From: Emiliania huxleyi CCMP1516
Lineage: Eukaryota
Length of the DNA: 64,000 nucleotides
NCBI RefSeq assembly: GCF_000372725.1
Contig: NW_005201176.1
Span: 222,038 to 286,037 of the forward strand
Direction: 5' to 3'
Shown: positions 34,584 to 47,128 of the stretch, piece after piece
Layout: each line of letters begins with the position of its first letter
How positions within the stretch are numbered: the first letter of the stretch is position 1
Notes under the pieces: generated by a model
Told to the model about the DNA's origin: nothing
Seen by the model: only the letters and a program-made list of their open reading frames with translations
Database searches by the model: none
Made by a program: the position numbers and the translations under genes

Positions 34584-36791
34584 TCAGATTGCCATGTTAC
34601 AAGTGTGTCGGCAGGGCGGGGCACACACATGCCACACGCGCGATGGCAGCGACTTGCTTACCTTCTGCAGCTTGACCTTTGCTGGTTTCGCCGGATCTGT
34701 TCCGTTGCGAACAGAACACGTGCGCCAATGCGTTTTTTTCTCGCGCGGGCAAGCACGCACCCAGGCAGGTGAGTCTGCCGCTGCAGGTGGCAAAAGGCCC
34801 CCGCTGTCGGCCGCAAAGGTTGAGGGGTATGCTGGTTTAGCGTGTAAGTGCGGCAGACGGGAGTAGTGAAACTTGTCGAGATTCAGATCGACCAGAATGA
34901 CGAGGCGCACATTCTTGCTACGGTCGAGCTGGGAGCGCAAAGACGAGCTGCTATCGAGGGCAAATCTCATGATGACGAACTGCGCATGCGTGACTGCCGT
35001 CCAGTTTGCCAAGCCGAGGGAGGGGAGCTCATGGAGAAGGTGGCCAACGGCACTTTCCATGTGACCTTCTTCACAAACGTCCTCCCTGTCAGCGTGCACT
35101 TTCGAGGGAGAGCCGAGGTGGGCTGGAAATTTCCCCACCCGTTTGTAGAGGGGCACCCGTGCGAGGAGAGCAAACTCGCGCGGCTGTGTTGCACTTGCTG
35201 CGAGGAGGCGAACCTCGCGTAGGAAAGAGCCATCCCCCGCCACGGGGTAGTTTGCCCGACAAAATTCGGGGAACCTTGCGAGCGGGTACGAGCCGCTTTC
35301 TGCGATACCGGGCCGAAGGCGAAGAGTGCCCCACACAATGGAGAATATCACCACCAAAAGTTGCGACCGCTTCCCTCTGCTGCTTGCCATGCTTGACCAT
35401 CGCTGTGGCCTGCCCGAGTCCGCTTCCAAGGAGTCCGAAGCCTCTTCGCCAGCCAGCATGCTGGTGCGCTGCTCGCCATCATCGGCGATGTTGTGGTCGC
35501 TGGCTTCGGTGCGACCGCGGAGGATGAGTCCTAGAAGCGCTGCCCAGGGCATCCACACAATGTACATGTCGGCGAAGTCGTAGAATCGAATGTTGGTCAT
35601 CCAGAGGTTTCCTTGGTGGAACAGGAAGGCAGTGCACACGGAGAGCCAGCGTGGGGGGCCTTTGTGTAGGACGCAGAGCCACATTCCCGCTTCCCAAATG
35701 ACGGCGCTCAGGGCCGCCGCCCTGAGCATGATTGGGGGCAGCTGGTCGAAACGCAGTGCGGGGTTCAGGTACGAGTCACCAAGAAGGCACGCGGCGTGAA
35801 CACCGGGGCGCGGGGCCGAGCCGTCACCAAAGACGCTTGACCACGCCCACGCGACAAAGCCGCCCAGTGTGTCAAGGCAGAGCGGCCTCCATCGGACCGC
35901 GCTTGGGTCGAGGCAGGCATAACCATCGCATTTTCTGAAGTATTCGGTGCGAATGATGTCGCTCATCATACCAGTCGACCAAAAGGTCGCGCTAAATGGC
36001 CAGGTGTAGGTACTCGTAGCCCCGCAGTTTACGAGCTTTGGTATAGCAGCGGACAAGTAGGCGTTCGCGATGATCAAGAGAAGAGCGGTGAACGGGACGG
36101 TGTACTCTGGGCGTTTGACGCTCTGGGACGCTCTGGGTGGCCTTGTCTCGCGGGTCAAATACGAGCACAGGTTGAGGGCGTCGCCACTTGGCGCAAAAGC
36201 AAACACCAGCAGCGCTGGTGGGAACAGGTGTCCATTATGGTGCCCAAAGTACCCCGGTTCGTGTGTCTGCATAAGCACGTGCGAGCGAACCTCGAGGACG
36301 GCAAGAAGGAAGAAGCAAGGCTGGGTGCAGGGGCCGCCGGCCATCGCAAACGCCACTAGCAGTGGAATCGCACGCGGCTCCCACCACGCAGCGTCGACCC
36401 ACTCTGTGCGCCAGGTCGCCAGGTCGCCCCACAGGCCTGTCTTGATAGAATGGCTGCCTGCAGTGAGTGCCACTGGCGTGCTGCGGAAGCTCACATTCTG
36501 CGCGTAGATGAGCAGAAAGAGGATGCGAGCGAGCGCGAGGTCCATCGCCGAGCGGGTGCTCTCGACAGGAAAGGGCGAGCGCGTGGGAGTGATGATCGGC
36601 ACGAGCAGCCGCACTGCGCTGAAGACGGCAAAGAGGGCAGCGGCGCCTGCGAATGTCGCGTCGCTCGGACCTTCTCGCGGATCAGAATGTCTCGGCCCGT
36701 ATGAAGCGGTGAGATGGAACGCCACGAAGGCGGCGATCGTTGAGACGAGGCCGAGCCCGAAGGTGGCTCTGGCAGGCGACGAGACTACCAT
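34584..36791 (-). CDS. Intronless multi-pass membrane protein, HTTM-like
   Basis: 735-aa ORF; LARILFLLIY, GHHNGH, AYLSAAIPKL, AVIWEAG...FLFHQGNLWMTNIRF resemble the HTTM/gamma-carboxylase-like membrane domain. Confidence 0.7.
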   Translation of the reverse strand: MVVSSPARATFGLGLVSTIAAFVAFHLTASYGPRHSDPREGPSDATFAGAAALFAVFSAVRLLVPIITPTRSPFPVESTRSAMDLALARILFLLIYAQNVSFRSTPVALTAGSHSIKTGLWGDLATWRTEWVDAAWWEPRAIPLLVAFAMAGGPCTQPCFFLLAVLEVRSHVLMQTHEPGYFGHHNGHLFPPALLVFAFAPSGDALNLCSYLTRETRPPRASQSVKRPEYTVPFTALLLIIANAYLSAAIPKLVNCGATSTYTWPFSATFWSTGMMSDIIRTEYFRKCDGYACLDPSAVRWRPLCLDTLGGFVAWAWSSVFGDGSAPRPGVHAACLLGDSYLNPALRFDQLPPIMLRAAALSAVIWEAGMWLCVLHKGPPRWLSVCTAFLFHQGNLWMTNIRFYDFADMYIVWMPWAALLGLILRGRTEASDHNIADDGEQRTSMLAGEEASDSLEADSGRPQRWSSMASSRGKRSQLLVVIFSIVWGTLRLRPGIAESGSYPLARFPEFCRANYPVAGDGSFLREVRLLAASATQPREFALLARVPLYKRVGKFPAHLGSPSKVHADREDVCEEGHMESAVGHLLHELPSLGLANWTAVTHAQFVIMRFALDSSSSLRSQLDRSKNVRLVILVDLNLDKFHYSRLPHLHAKPAYPSTFAADSGGLLPPAAADSPAWVRACPREKKTHWRTCSVRNGTDPAKPAKVKLQKVSKSLPSRVWHVCAPPCRHTCNMAI

Positions 36792-37157
36792 CGACTAGGA
36801 CACCGACGAGGACGGTCGAGAGAACCCGACCGCCGGCTTCAAAAGAACGCCGTTCCCAACGTAAAAAATGAGGAAAAACATGCGTGTGTGTGTGGAGATT
36901 CGACGCGGTCGAGGGGAGAGGCCTTGCGGAGAGACCAGCGAGTTGGGAGAGAGAGAGAGATTTTTAGCAACACCAGTGTTTTGCGAGTTACTCGAGTAGC
37001 GATCGCTGTACTTCACAGCGACGAGAGCGTCTCCCCAGCGACTTCGCCTCAGAGCCCCCTGCCGCAGAGCCCACTTCCCCAGCTGCCTCGGCTGCGGGCG
37101 CGGGAGAGGAGGAGAGACGCGCAGCCAGTGCGCGTGCCTCACACAGCACGCGCCAAG

Positions 37158-37625
37158 ATGGTCAACGACGACTATGCCGAGGCGGCGCGTGACAGGCTCG
37201 AGGCGCTGACGGAGTGGCACGTGCAGAACACGCATCAGTCCTTGGCCGCTGACATCGCGCCCTGGACTGTGACGGACCACTCCTTTGGACGGAGGTGGAG
37301 CTCCTTGGACGCCGAAGCCGAGCTCGCGGACCTCGAGGCGAGTGCGCCCCTGGGAGTAGCTCGACCGTCATCGCCGCCGACGGCGCCGCGCGCGGTTGGG
37401 TTTGGCCGCGGGCGCCCTTCCCCGGGCGTGTACGCCCCGCCAAGCACACAGGCTTGGAGAGGTGAAGGCGGCTCGCCGCCCGCCGCCCGCTCGCCACCCG
37501 TGTTGCTGGCGCCACATCGACCGCGGCAGCGTTGCCGAGACCAGGACGTGGCTCAGCTCTTCATCACGAGCGGAAGCACGAGCCCCCGCGGCGAACGAGC
37601 TGCAACCAGGCGTTCTAGCGTGTAG
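37158..37625 (+). CDS. Hypothetical protein
   Basis: ATG-initiated part of ORF 36888-37625; no motif recognised. Confidence 0.3.
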   Translation: MVNDDYAEAARDRLEALTEWHVQNTHQSLAADIAPWTVTDHSFGRRWSSLDAEAELADLEASAPLGVARPSSPPTAPRAVGFGRGRPSPGVYAPPSTQAWRGEGGSPPAARSPPVLLAPHRPRQRCRDQDVAQLFITSGSTSPRGERAATRRSSV

Positions 37626-37736
37626 AGTGGTGGGGCGTGGAGCCTGACCCGCACCCGGTCTCGTGAGGTGTTTACCCCAACCACCAAAAATCCCCAAACC
37701 GCCGTTCCCCCGGGCGGGCCTGACTGCTGTGGAGAC

Positions 37737-37899
37737 AAGGTAAGGTAAGGTAAGGTAAACTTCTCCACACACACGCGAGGTGGTGGGGCAAGGGGGGGCA
37801 ACCCTCGCGTCTCCACGTCTAACGACAGGAGCCCCACGGCATTCAAAGTGCAAGGCCCGGTGCGCGTGGGTGAGCGGTGTGTGTGTGTGTCGTGTGCGT

Positions 37900-37989
<90 letters not shown>
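37737..37989 (+). mobile_element. SINE-like family S1 copy, (AAGGT)n end and (TG)n end
   Basis: Near-identical to 38853-39027. Confidence 0.85.
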
Positions 37990-37990
<1 letters not shown>

Positions 37991-38409
37991 ACGTCACTGC
38001 ATCCTCTGCCGGTTCCTCCCGTCGCCTCTTCTTTGTTCGAATGTTTTTCAATCCATCCTTCACGAAGCCCTCCCATGTGGCTAGCGTTCTTTGCGAATGT
38101 CTCGAGATGGCCAGCAGGCGCTGTCTGCTCGCGGCCTCGCTGTGCGGGCCGCTCGTCCTCCTCGCCCTTCTTTCGTCCTCCCGTCCCTCCCCTCCACCAT
38201 GGCCTCCTCGGCACTTCTTTCTCCATCCGCCTCGCCCTGCCTTTTCGTGTCGTGCCGTTCGCCCTCCATTCGGTGACTTCCATGGCACAGCGTGTCATGA
38301 CACGATCGTCCCTAACCCTATCTCCCTGACCCTGTCTGCATTCTCACTCTTTGCATACCTTGGTACGTAAATAACACTGTCTGATAGGGGACCGGTCGCG
38401 TTACTCTCG

Positions 38410-38978
38410 CTAAATACGCGCGCGTGCTGCCCCACTCTCAGTCTCACCACACGAGGGCGTCCGGCCGATCATTGCCAAGCACGGCTGGCAACCGCGGTCG
38501 GCGTCGCTCCCCCGCACAACCGCCCCCCCGCCGACTCGCTCGAGGAGGAGCACCGACACCACTGCCGCGCCGGCAAAACCGCCCGCGAGCAGGCTCAGCG
38601 GCCCGACGAAACGCCACTTTCCGTCGGGGTCCTCGGCGTCGGGGATGCCGTCACCGTCCGAATCGACGGAGCGGAGCACCTATGACGAATTCACAACTAC
38701 TGCTCCGTCAACGGTGACTGGTACCGCCGTTCCGAGTCGACGGAGCGTGCACCCCGAGCAGCATCGTGATCGTGATTTGCATGAGGATGAAGAGAGTCTC
38801 GATTGTGCCGTATGCCGTGCCCAGTCGGTCGCTTGGCACCCACCCTAGAGCAAGGTAAGGTAAACTTCTCCACACACACGAGGTGGTGGGGCAAGGGGGG
38901 GCAACCCTCGCGTCTCCACGTCTAACGACAGGAGCCCCACGGCATTTAAAGTGCAAGGCCCGGTGCGCGTGGGTGAGC

Positions 38979-39029
<51 letters not shown>

Positions 39030-42000
39030 CCTAGAGCATCCACAGCTGACGTTGGCTCTCCTCTCCTCTCCCCTCCTCTCCCCTCCTCTCCCCTCCTCTC
39101 ACTCCACTCCTCTCCTCTCTCCGCTTCTCTCCCCTCCTCTCCCTCTCCCTCTCCTCTCCTCTCCTCTCCTCTCACCAGTCTCCTCTCCTCTCCTCTCCTC
39201 TCCCCTCCTCTCTCCTCTTCTCCTCTCTCCTCTCCTCCCCTCTCCTCTCAGAGTCTTCCGTTCCCCTCGCCCACAGCCGCCCATGTTTGCCCCTGTGATT
39301 GTCTGTGTGTGATCAGATGCTCCATCCATTGGCCGAGATTGGCCGAGATCCGTGTCCCCATCTCGGCCGCCGAAACCGCCGCCCGCCCGACGGCTTGCGC
39401 GCGGCAGCAGCGCGAGCGGAACCACGGGAGCGCCAACCTCGAGGAGGGAGAGCGCGAAGAGCTCGGCGTGCACGCTGCCGTGGCTGCGCACCTGCAGCAG
39501 CAGCACGGGCCTCACTCTCATTGGCGGCCGGGCTGTGCCGATGGGGGGGGGGGCTGGGGGCGGTAAGCCGTCATCGCCCGGCGCTGCTTCCAGCTCCGCG
39601 GCGATGACGCTAAGAGACACACATATCGTGTAGTCTCGGTGGATCTCGGCGGATCTCGGAGAGATCTCGCGCCCTGAGCAGCAGCACGGCCACCGCGACC
39701 GCGCTCGCCACTGGCGTCGCCACCAGCAGCGCGCGCAGCCCGTTGAGCGAGCGCGAGGAGAGCATGAGCAGCCTAGGTAGGTAGGTAGGTAGGTAGGTGT
39801 TACCTCACACTGCCTGGGCAGAGACAAGGAGGGCCCCCGCACACACGAACCCACACATACAGAGAGAGGGACGAGTGCACGCATTGGGCATCAGAGAGCC
39901 ATAAGTGTCTGTTGTTGTTTGGCTCCCTCGGGTTGCGGTGAGCTTGTGCAAGAATCGCCAATCACCGCGGAATACGAGGGGCTACGACATGAGCGAACGC
40001 AGTTGAACACGGCCGAATGCGGTTGAAGACGCGTCCTCTCGAGCGCTACTAGGAAGACGAGACGGCGTATTCCGCTTCTAGGACGAGCAGCGGCAGCAGC
40101 GCGATGGCACACCTCGAGCCGTGAACGGTGTGGACGGGGCTCGAGGGTGGTGGCGGCGTCGGCGGCGGTGAGGGGGGTGGTGGTGGCGGCGATGGAGGCG
40201 GTGGCGTGGGAGGTGGGGGTGAGGTGACGAGATTGCGTGTTCCGCTTCTAGGACGAGCAGCGGCAGTAGCGCGATGGCGACGAGGTCGTTCGAAGCGAGG
40301 AGCGCGCCCGCGCTCCGGGTCGAGAGACTGCCCATGCTCGCCGCGAGCTGCACGCGCACCTACCGTGGATTCACGCCTCACCCGTACGTCCCTGAGACGT
40401 TTGGTGCTCGCCGCGAGCTGCGCGCGCGCACGGAGTGGTATGCGTGAAGCGTCCCAACCTGCAGCACAACCGGCTGCTGTGAGCAGCGTCTCTTCACACC
40501 TCGAGCCGTGAACAGGTGCCCAACCTCGAGCGCGCGCCACAGCCCGATCAGGAGTACGGCGACACTCTGCCCCTCCAGCCACTCGCCTGTTCACAGCTCG
40601 AGGTGTGAAGAGACGCCGTTCACAGCCGTGCCGCTCCCCCCCTCTAGCCACTCGCCTGTTCACAGCTCGAGGTGTGAAGACGTCATCCGTTGCGACTGCT
40701 GCAGCGACTGCAGCAGCGAGGCCGCGCCGGCAGCACCGCCCGCAGCCGGGTCGCGCGAGCCGTGGCCTCGCCCCGCCCCGCAGAGCACCTTCGAGGCGCA
40801 GTCTCGTGTACTCTCGTGCAGTCTCGTGTACTCTCGTGCAATCTCGTGCAATCTCGTGGACTCTCGCCCCGCCGCGCAGAGCACCTTCGAGGCGCGGTGC
40901 GCGTGAGCAGCGCCTCTTCACACATCTCGCCGTGGAGCTGAGTTCGCCCTCTCAGAGCACCTTGCCTTCTCGCGGCGTCGAGTCCACCTCAGGCAGATCG
41001 CCGCCGCCGCCCTCTCCCGCCGCCGGACGGTGCAACACGGAAAGGGCTGCGCCTGGGAGAAGGAATCGGAGGCTGAGCCATCAGGCAGAGGCGCGGAGAC
41101 GCCAGCGGGTCCAACAGCTGCGCCCGAGCAGACGGCGATGGCGTGGGGGGCGAGGAGGAGGAGCTGCAGGGAGAGCAACGGCGCGACGCCGAGCGCGCCT
41201 GACAGAGGAACATGTCCGCCTCTAGCGCCGTCTCGGAGGGCGGGCCACGCTCACGCCCCTCCCCTCACACCACCACCACCACCGCACACACCACCGCACA
41301 CACCACCGCTCACGCCCCTCCCCTCACACCACCACCACCACCGCACACACCACCGCACACACCACAGCTCACGCCCCTCCCCTCACACCACCACCAACAG
41401 TCACAGTACCAAGCAACAGTCACTCTCGAGGACGTGTCCGGGTACTCTCGAGGGGAGTGGCAATCTGGGGCTCTCAGCGCGCCTTCGCCGAGCAAAATGG
41501 GAACTGCCCACGACATCAGCGAGCCCATTCCGTGCTTGGCGACCACCAGCGCGCCAAAGCCAGCCGCCGCGTTCCTGCCGCAGACGCGGCCGACCAGCGA
41601 GAACTCGGCGATCGTGATGCCCGCGCGGCAGGCGGACGAGGCGACCAGGCCGGCGAGTATGGCGGCGGCGGCGGCGGGGCTGTTCCTGGCGCCGAGCGCG
41701 AGCAGCCCGCAGGCGGTGAGGCCCGAGCCGACCAGTTCGCCGAGCGGAGCGCCAACTAGGACAAGCGCCGCCCTCGTGTCCCACAGCCGCCCCCACGCGA
41801 GAGGCGTGACGATACCGAGAGCCACGGGCGTGATGGTGAGCGCCGAATAGCAAACCGGGGAGAGGCCGAGCGCCTCGAGCGACTTCTCGCTCGGCACGAG
41901 CGCCTCCTTGGACGCGTGCACGCCGGTGCCCAGGAGCACAGCGAGGAGTGTGCAGAGGTACGGCCAGCTACCGGCCCGGCGGCCGTCACTGCTGCTGGCG

Positions 42001-42050
42001 AAGAGCGTGTACGGCGTGTCGGAGAGTGCAGCAGAGCCTCGCGGCTCCAT
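38410..42050 (-). CDS. Major facilitator superfamily transporter (MFSD1-like), multi-exon
   Basis: TM-rich exons: PLAWGRLWD (motif A-like), LLSLQLLLLAP, AGALLASNDLVAIALLPL, GAPVVPLALLPR, VPSDRLGTAYGTIETL, final exon ending at 38410. Exon structure partly inferred. Confidence 0.7.
38853..39027 (+). mobile_element. SINE-like family S1 copy with 11-bp target-site duplication
   Basis: ACCCTAGAGCA at 38842-38852 and 39028-39038 flanks the element. Confidence 0.9.
39056..39249. repeat. (CCTCT)n pyrimidine tract
   Basis: Directly visible. Confidence 0.9.
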
Positions 42051-42148
42051 TGCCGACGGTGTTCTGAGAGTGCCTGGGCGAAAGATAAAAACACGGCTCG
42101 ACCGCACGACACTGAGCACGGGTTGCTCCCTAGGGTTTTAGGTATATT

Positions 42149-42231
42149 GTGGGCGACGGCTAGCGCATCACACACCTCTCCTTAAAATCCCTGTGTGGTG
42201 GCGGCGTGCCGTCCTCCCATCCCTCCCTTGG
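42149..42231. repeat. Dispersed repeat family R3
   Basis: GTGGGCGACGGCTAGCGCATCACAC...ATCCCTCCCTTGG also at 52361-52444; partial inverted copy at ~26322-26371. Confidence 0.85.
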
Positions 42232-42361
42232 CCTCATCTGAGCACGGGAAAAGGAGGACGAACGGAGAACGGAGAGACTGGGACGATTGTACACGAGCAG
42301 GCTTTTCCAGCAGAATGTGCTGTGTGTGCACAGGTATACAGAATGTGCACACACAGCGGAG

Positions 42362-43186
42362 CTAAAAGCAATCTCGGCAGAACCTGTGCGTGGCTGGGGC
42401 GTAAGCGATGCTGACGCCGCAATCATCGCAAGTGCGGCCTCCCCTGCGCCCACCTCGCCCATCGCCGCCGTTGCGTCCGCCGCCGGACCAACAGTCAATA
42501 CATAACCGGTGGCTGGCTGGCCTGTCAGAGATGTCGTAGCTGCACGACTCGCACCGTCGTCCGCGCGCGCCGCCGCCACTACGTCCGCCGCCGCCACTGC
42601 CACCAGACCAACACTGATAACACAACGAATGGTTTGCTGGCCTGTCAGAGATATCGTCGTCGCAGGAATCGCACCGACGTCCGCGTCCGCATCCGCTGCG
42701 TCCGCCTCCACTGCGTCCGCCGCCGCTGCGTCCGCCACCGCCGCCGCCGCCGTCGCCGCCACCGCCGCCACCGACCGCGATCCTGCGCTCAGCGTTCCGC
42801 ATCCCTTCCGTCATCGCGGTCTTCGTCACCACGATGTTCGCGCGAAGGCAGGCACCCGCGCCCTGCATCCTTTCAGGGTTGTCGTGCCGATTGCAAGGCC
42901 TACATATGGGCGCGATGAAGCAACCCTCGCCTCTAATCCACACGTGGCCGCCCACCTCGGCCTGGTTGGGGCAGCCGTGGAACGAGCACCGCCCTCGCCT
43001 TCGCCCGGTCGCTTCCTCCGCGTCTCGGAGCCATGATCCGCTCTCAGCTTGAGCGTCCGAGCTTCCGTCCATGTTCCACGCTTCGACGGCTCCATCGAAG
43101 GAGACGGTCTCCTCCTCGTCTTCATCGTCCTCCCCCTCCTCTTCCTCGTGGTCGTCCATCGCACCACGCCGCCGTCTCGACGACAT
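42362..43186 (-). CDS. Hypothetical protein with a Cys/His domain and three C-x2-C-x11-C-x2-C zinc-ribbon repeats in Gly linkers
   Basis: CSFHGC..GGHVW..PICRPCN; CDSCDDDISDRPANHSLCYQC, CESCSYDISDRPASHRLCIDC, CDDCGVSIAYAPATHRFCRDC. Confidence 0.75.
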   Translation of the reverse strand: MSSRRRRGAMDDHEEEEGEDDEDEEETVSFDGAVEAWNMDGSSDAQAESGSWLRDAEEATGRRRGRCSFHGCPNQAEVGGHVWIRGEGCFIAPICRPCNRHDNPERMQGAGACLRANIVVTKTAMTEGMRNAERRIAVGGGGGGDGGGGGGGRSGGGRSGGGRSGCGRGRRCDSCDDDISDRPANHSLCYQCWSGGSGGGGRSGGGARGRRCESCSYDISDRPASHRLCIDCWSGGGRNGGDGRGGRRGGRTCDDCGVSIAYAPATHRFCRDCF

Positions 43187-43476
43187 CAAGAAGGATCTGC
43201 AGGCTGGGCCTCAGAAAGAGCGTCTCGCAAGGGCCGACAAACAGGGCAGAAGGCAAGCCGGACTGAGCCCCGCACATATCCCCGTTCACAGTTGAACTAA
43301 TTCTCGTACACTGTTATACTAATGCGCCAGTCCCGTGCCCAGTGTCGTGCTGCTTTGAGTTCTTCATTGCTCGGAATGGCCGCAACAATCCGGCGGGTTG
43401 TTCGAGCAGCCTGGTTTCGTGGCGATCGGTTTGTCTCTCGGCACCGCCCAACGGGCGTCGTCCGCAACCACCAGCC

Positions 43477-46142
43477 ATGCTGAAGGCCTGCGTCCACTCT
43501 GCGTCGCTCGGCGCCTGGGAGGATTGGTTTAGCTGGCCTGACTCCTACGTCATCGTCAAGCGCTGCAGCGGAGGCGTCTGCTACGAGCATTGCCGTTCCA
43601 GCACGATCTCGAACGACCGCACGCCGCGCTGGTCTCCGCCCTTCTGCTGTGAATTCAACGCGAACGTGCGCCCGTAGCGATTGTCCGACCGAGCCACTGG
43701 GATGGCCCTCCGACGCCGCACGGCTTGCGCTTCTTATCCGCCCCGCCCTGGCCTCCACAGGTCGGTGACTTTGCCGGATTCTACTTGTGGGACGACGACT
43801 CGTCCTCCTCGGACGACTTCTCCGGCGTCGCCACTGTACGCCTCACGGACGTCACTCCCACGCCCACGTCGATCCCGCTCGGTGGCGGCCCTGGAGAATC
43901 GGTGGTCGTCAGCACGCAGTGGATGCACCCTCCTTCACCACCACCGTCGCCGGCTCCGCCGTCGCCACCGCCGCCTTCGCCCGGCCCACCACCAACGTCG
44001 CCGACCCCGCTGCCGCCCTCGCCCGGCCCACCACCACCGTCGCCGGCGTCGCCACCACCGCCACCGCCGCCGCCGCCATTTCCACCACCGTCTCCGCCGC
44101 CGCCGCCGCCGCCCTCGCCTGACCCAGCACCGCCACCACCCCCTCCCTCGCCCGGCCCGCTCTCGCCACCGCCGCCAATGTGCGACGCGCCGCTCGACCT
44201 GGTGCTCATCCTCGACCGCTCGGCATCGATGGCCGACTCGTGGCCGGCTTCGCCTGCGGGCACCGAAGCCGCAGTCCGCAGCTTCGCCGGCTCCCTCGTC
44301 AATCACTTCCTCGTCGGCCCCGACGCGGCGCAAATCGGGCTCATCTACTTCTCCGACACCGCCGCTGTCGTCGCGCCTCTCGGCTCGAGCGAGGTCGAGC
44401 TGCTCAGCGAGATCGAGTCGTACGACCCGCAGTGCGACGTCGGGTGCGACGACACCTGCTGGCATGCCCACGATGGCCAATGCGACGATGGCGGCAGCGG
44501 GTCAAGCTTCTCCGTGTGCGGCCTTGGCCGGGACTGCGAAGACTGCGGTTCTCGCTACTGCCTCTCGGCGACGTCCTCCGGCGGCACCAACATGGTGGAC
44601 GCGCTCGCGCTGGCCAAGGACTCCCTAGACCTGGCCCGCGAGGCGCAGAACGAGGCGACGGGCAACCCGAGGCGCGGCGCAGTCGTCATGCTCACCGACG
44701 GGTCCAACCAGCCCGACTATGGCGGCGACGAGCAGGCCATCGCACAGGCTGGCCAGCTCAAGGCCGCCGGCTACCTCGTCGTCGCCGCCGGCTTTGGCGA
44801 GGCCGACGCGAATGTCCTGGGCGCGATGGCCTCGCGTCCGCTAGAGGAGCATGCCTTTGTCGAGGCAAGCGCGGCGGACGTCGCGTCGGCAGTTCTCCCT
44901 TTCCTCTGCGAGAGTCTTACGAGCCCCGCGCCGCCGCCGGCCCCACGCCTTCCGCCTTCGCCCGCCCCGCCGCCTCCGTCCCAGCAGCCGTCGCCGCCGC
45001 CACCACCGCCGTCGCCTCCGCCGCCGTTACCACCACCGTCTCCGCCAGACCCGTCTCCACCGGCGCCGCTCCCGCCACCGGCGCCGGCGCTCCCACCCGT
45101 GACCACGCTTCGCGTTGAGGTTGGCGTCATGACGCCTCTGCCAAAGGTTCCGTCCCGGCGCCAGCTCGCCGACGCCGTGGCGCTCGATGGCGAGCTGTCA
45201 ACGATCTACGCGGCGATCGTGGCGGCGACGGCTCCTGACATGGTGCACACGCTTACGCTCACCGGCATCACACCGCCCGAGACCTCGCCCGGCTGGACCA
45301 ACATCACCATCGCGCTCACGTTCGTTACCGAGGAGCAAGGCGCGCTGCTCCTCGCAACCGTCAGCGCTCCAGACTACCCCGCAGCGCTCGAGAGGGCGGC
45401 AGGCGCTGCGCCAGGAAGCTTCCAAGTGTGGTCCCTTCCGCCTGGCCCGCCGGCCCCGCCTCTGTCGCCGCCACTACCTTCGCCTCCTCCGTCGCCGGCG
45501 CCTCCTCCGTCGCCGGCGCCTCCTCCGTCGCCGGCGCCTCCTCCGTCGCCGGCGCCTCCTCCGTCGCCATCGCCTCCTCCGTCGCCATCGCCGCCTCCTC
45601 CGTCGCCATCGCCGCCACCGTCGCCATCGCCGCCACCGTCGCCATCGCCGCCACCGTCGCCGGCGCCGGCGCCGTCGCCGGCGCCTCCTCCGTCGCCATC
45701 GCCGCCACCATCGCCGGCACCAAGTTCGCCCGCGGGCCCGGCTGGGAATGGCGAAGTCTTCTTGTCGTCGAACGGCCCAAGCGCTTCGTCGTCTCGCATG
45801 GCCACGGGGGCCGTGGCGATCGCCGCCGCTTCTGCGGCCTCAGCGTTTCTTGCGATCGGCGCGCTCTGCGTCTGGCGCCGCCGCCGGAATGTCCAAGCAA
45901 GTGAGGGCGTTTCGCACACGCCCAATGGACGCGTTGCGGAGCGCCGCCGCACGGCAGCGGTTCCGACCGAAGACGTTGCCAAGGACATCGCGGTCGTCTC
46001 GGCGCTTGCCATTGACACTGCTCGGGGCATCGACCCGCCCTCCTTTGCCACCGTCGTTCGAGGCAGCGGCCCCGCACCGAGACCGACAGCTGCCGCCGAC
46101 GTGGCGCCTCCGATGGCCGTGCATGGTCGTCGGAGCGTGTGA
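43477..46142 (+). CDS. C2 domain + Ser-Pro-rich (extensin-like) + vWA + transmembrane protein; intron 43666-43760
   Basis: PDSYV...LWDDDSSSSDDFSG (C2), DLVLILDRSASM...T...MLTDG (vWA MIDAS), SPPP repeats, and a C-terminal TM followed by RRRR. Confidence 0.85.
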
Positions 46143-46855
46143 TGCGCCAAGGTCGTCGACCCTCCCGCGCGCCTCGCCAACGGGCGAGCTCAATCTCCGC
46201 GAGGGAGAGCTGGCCTAGTACGTTACGCCGCGCGATCAGAAATACCTGACGCCGCGCAGCCAGGGAAAAGGGGGGAGCGAGGCGAGGCGGACTCTTCCGG
46301 CGCAGCGGCGCAGCGGTGCGGGGGCGCGGGGATGCACCATTGACGTGACCCAGGGGGGGAGGGGTGAATGATCTCGTGCGGGAGGTGCGCCAACGGGCGC
46401 TTGACTAGGATGTGGCGAGCCGGGCTAGGTCTATATGCCGCTGCTTACGGCTTTAGGGGGTGTACAGCATGTGCGAGTGTCGATTGCAGTGTGTAACAAG
46501 GAGAGCAGGAATCGCAATCAATGGTGGAGCAGAGCGACGGGCGGATGTGGGATGAGAACATCAGAATCAGAAACAAAGAATGGCCGACAGTCCGGAGATT
46601 GAGAGCTAACGTAGGCGTGGCCGTGGGACACTCACCGTCCCAGTCCCACAACGTGTGAGTGAGTGAGTGAGTATTCTTGATACGAAACCACGACGACACA
46701 CACCAGTCGACTCGCATCGGTTGCCTCCATGAACGGCGGAGCTATTCTCGCGCCCACACACACACACATGAGTCGACAAACAAGTCTCTCTCTCTCATGA
46801 GTCGTGATTTCTTGTTGGTTAATAAAAATCTCACACACACACACACACACTCTAA

Positions 46856-46895
46856 CACTCACACGTAATTTGGGGCCTGGAGCCCTGTTCACGCG
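46856..46895. repeat. Dispersed repeat family R4
   Basis: ACACTCACACGTAATTTGGGGCCTGG..CCCTGT.CACGCG is the reverse complement of ~26071-26112; the neighbouring AGAGAGATTTTTAGCAA motif also occurs at ~36947-36975. Confidence 0.7.
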
Positions 46896-47128
46896 CGCGC
46901 GAGACGTGCAGACAGGGTTGCCAGGTGAGAGCGAATGGCGCGGTTCACGCCTCGCACAACAGAGAGAGAGATGCGCTCTGCATGGTGGGACATAAAAGAG
47001 AGCGAGTACTTGGGCGAGTAGGCCGTGCGGTCAACGCTGCCGCGCGCGACTTTGTTTGCGCGCGAGGCGGCGCAGCTTGAGAACGGCGGTGTCTCTCTCA
47101 CACACTCACATTATTAACAACGAAGGCG

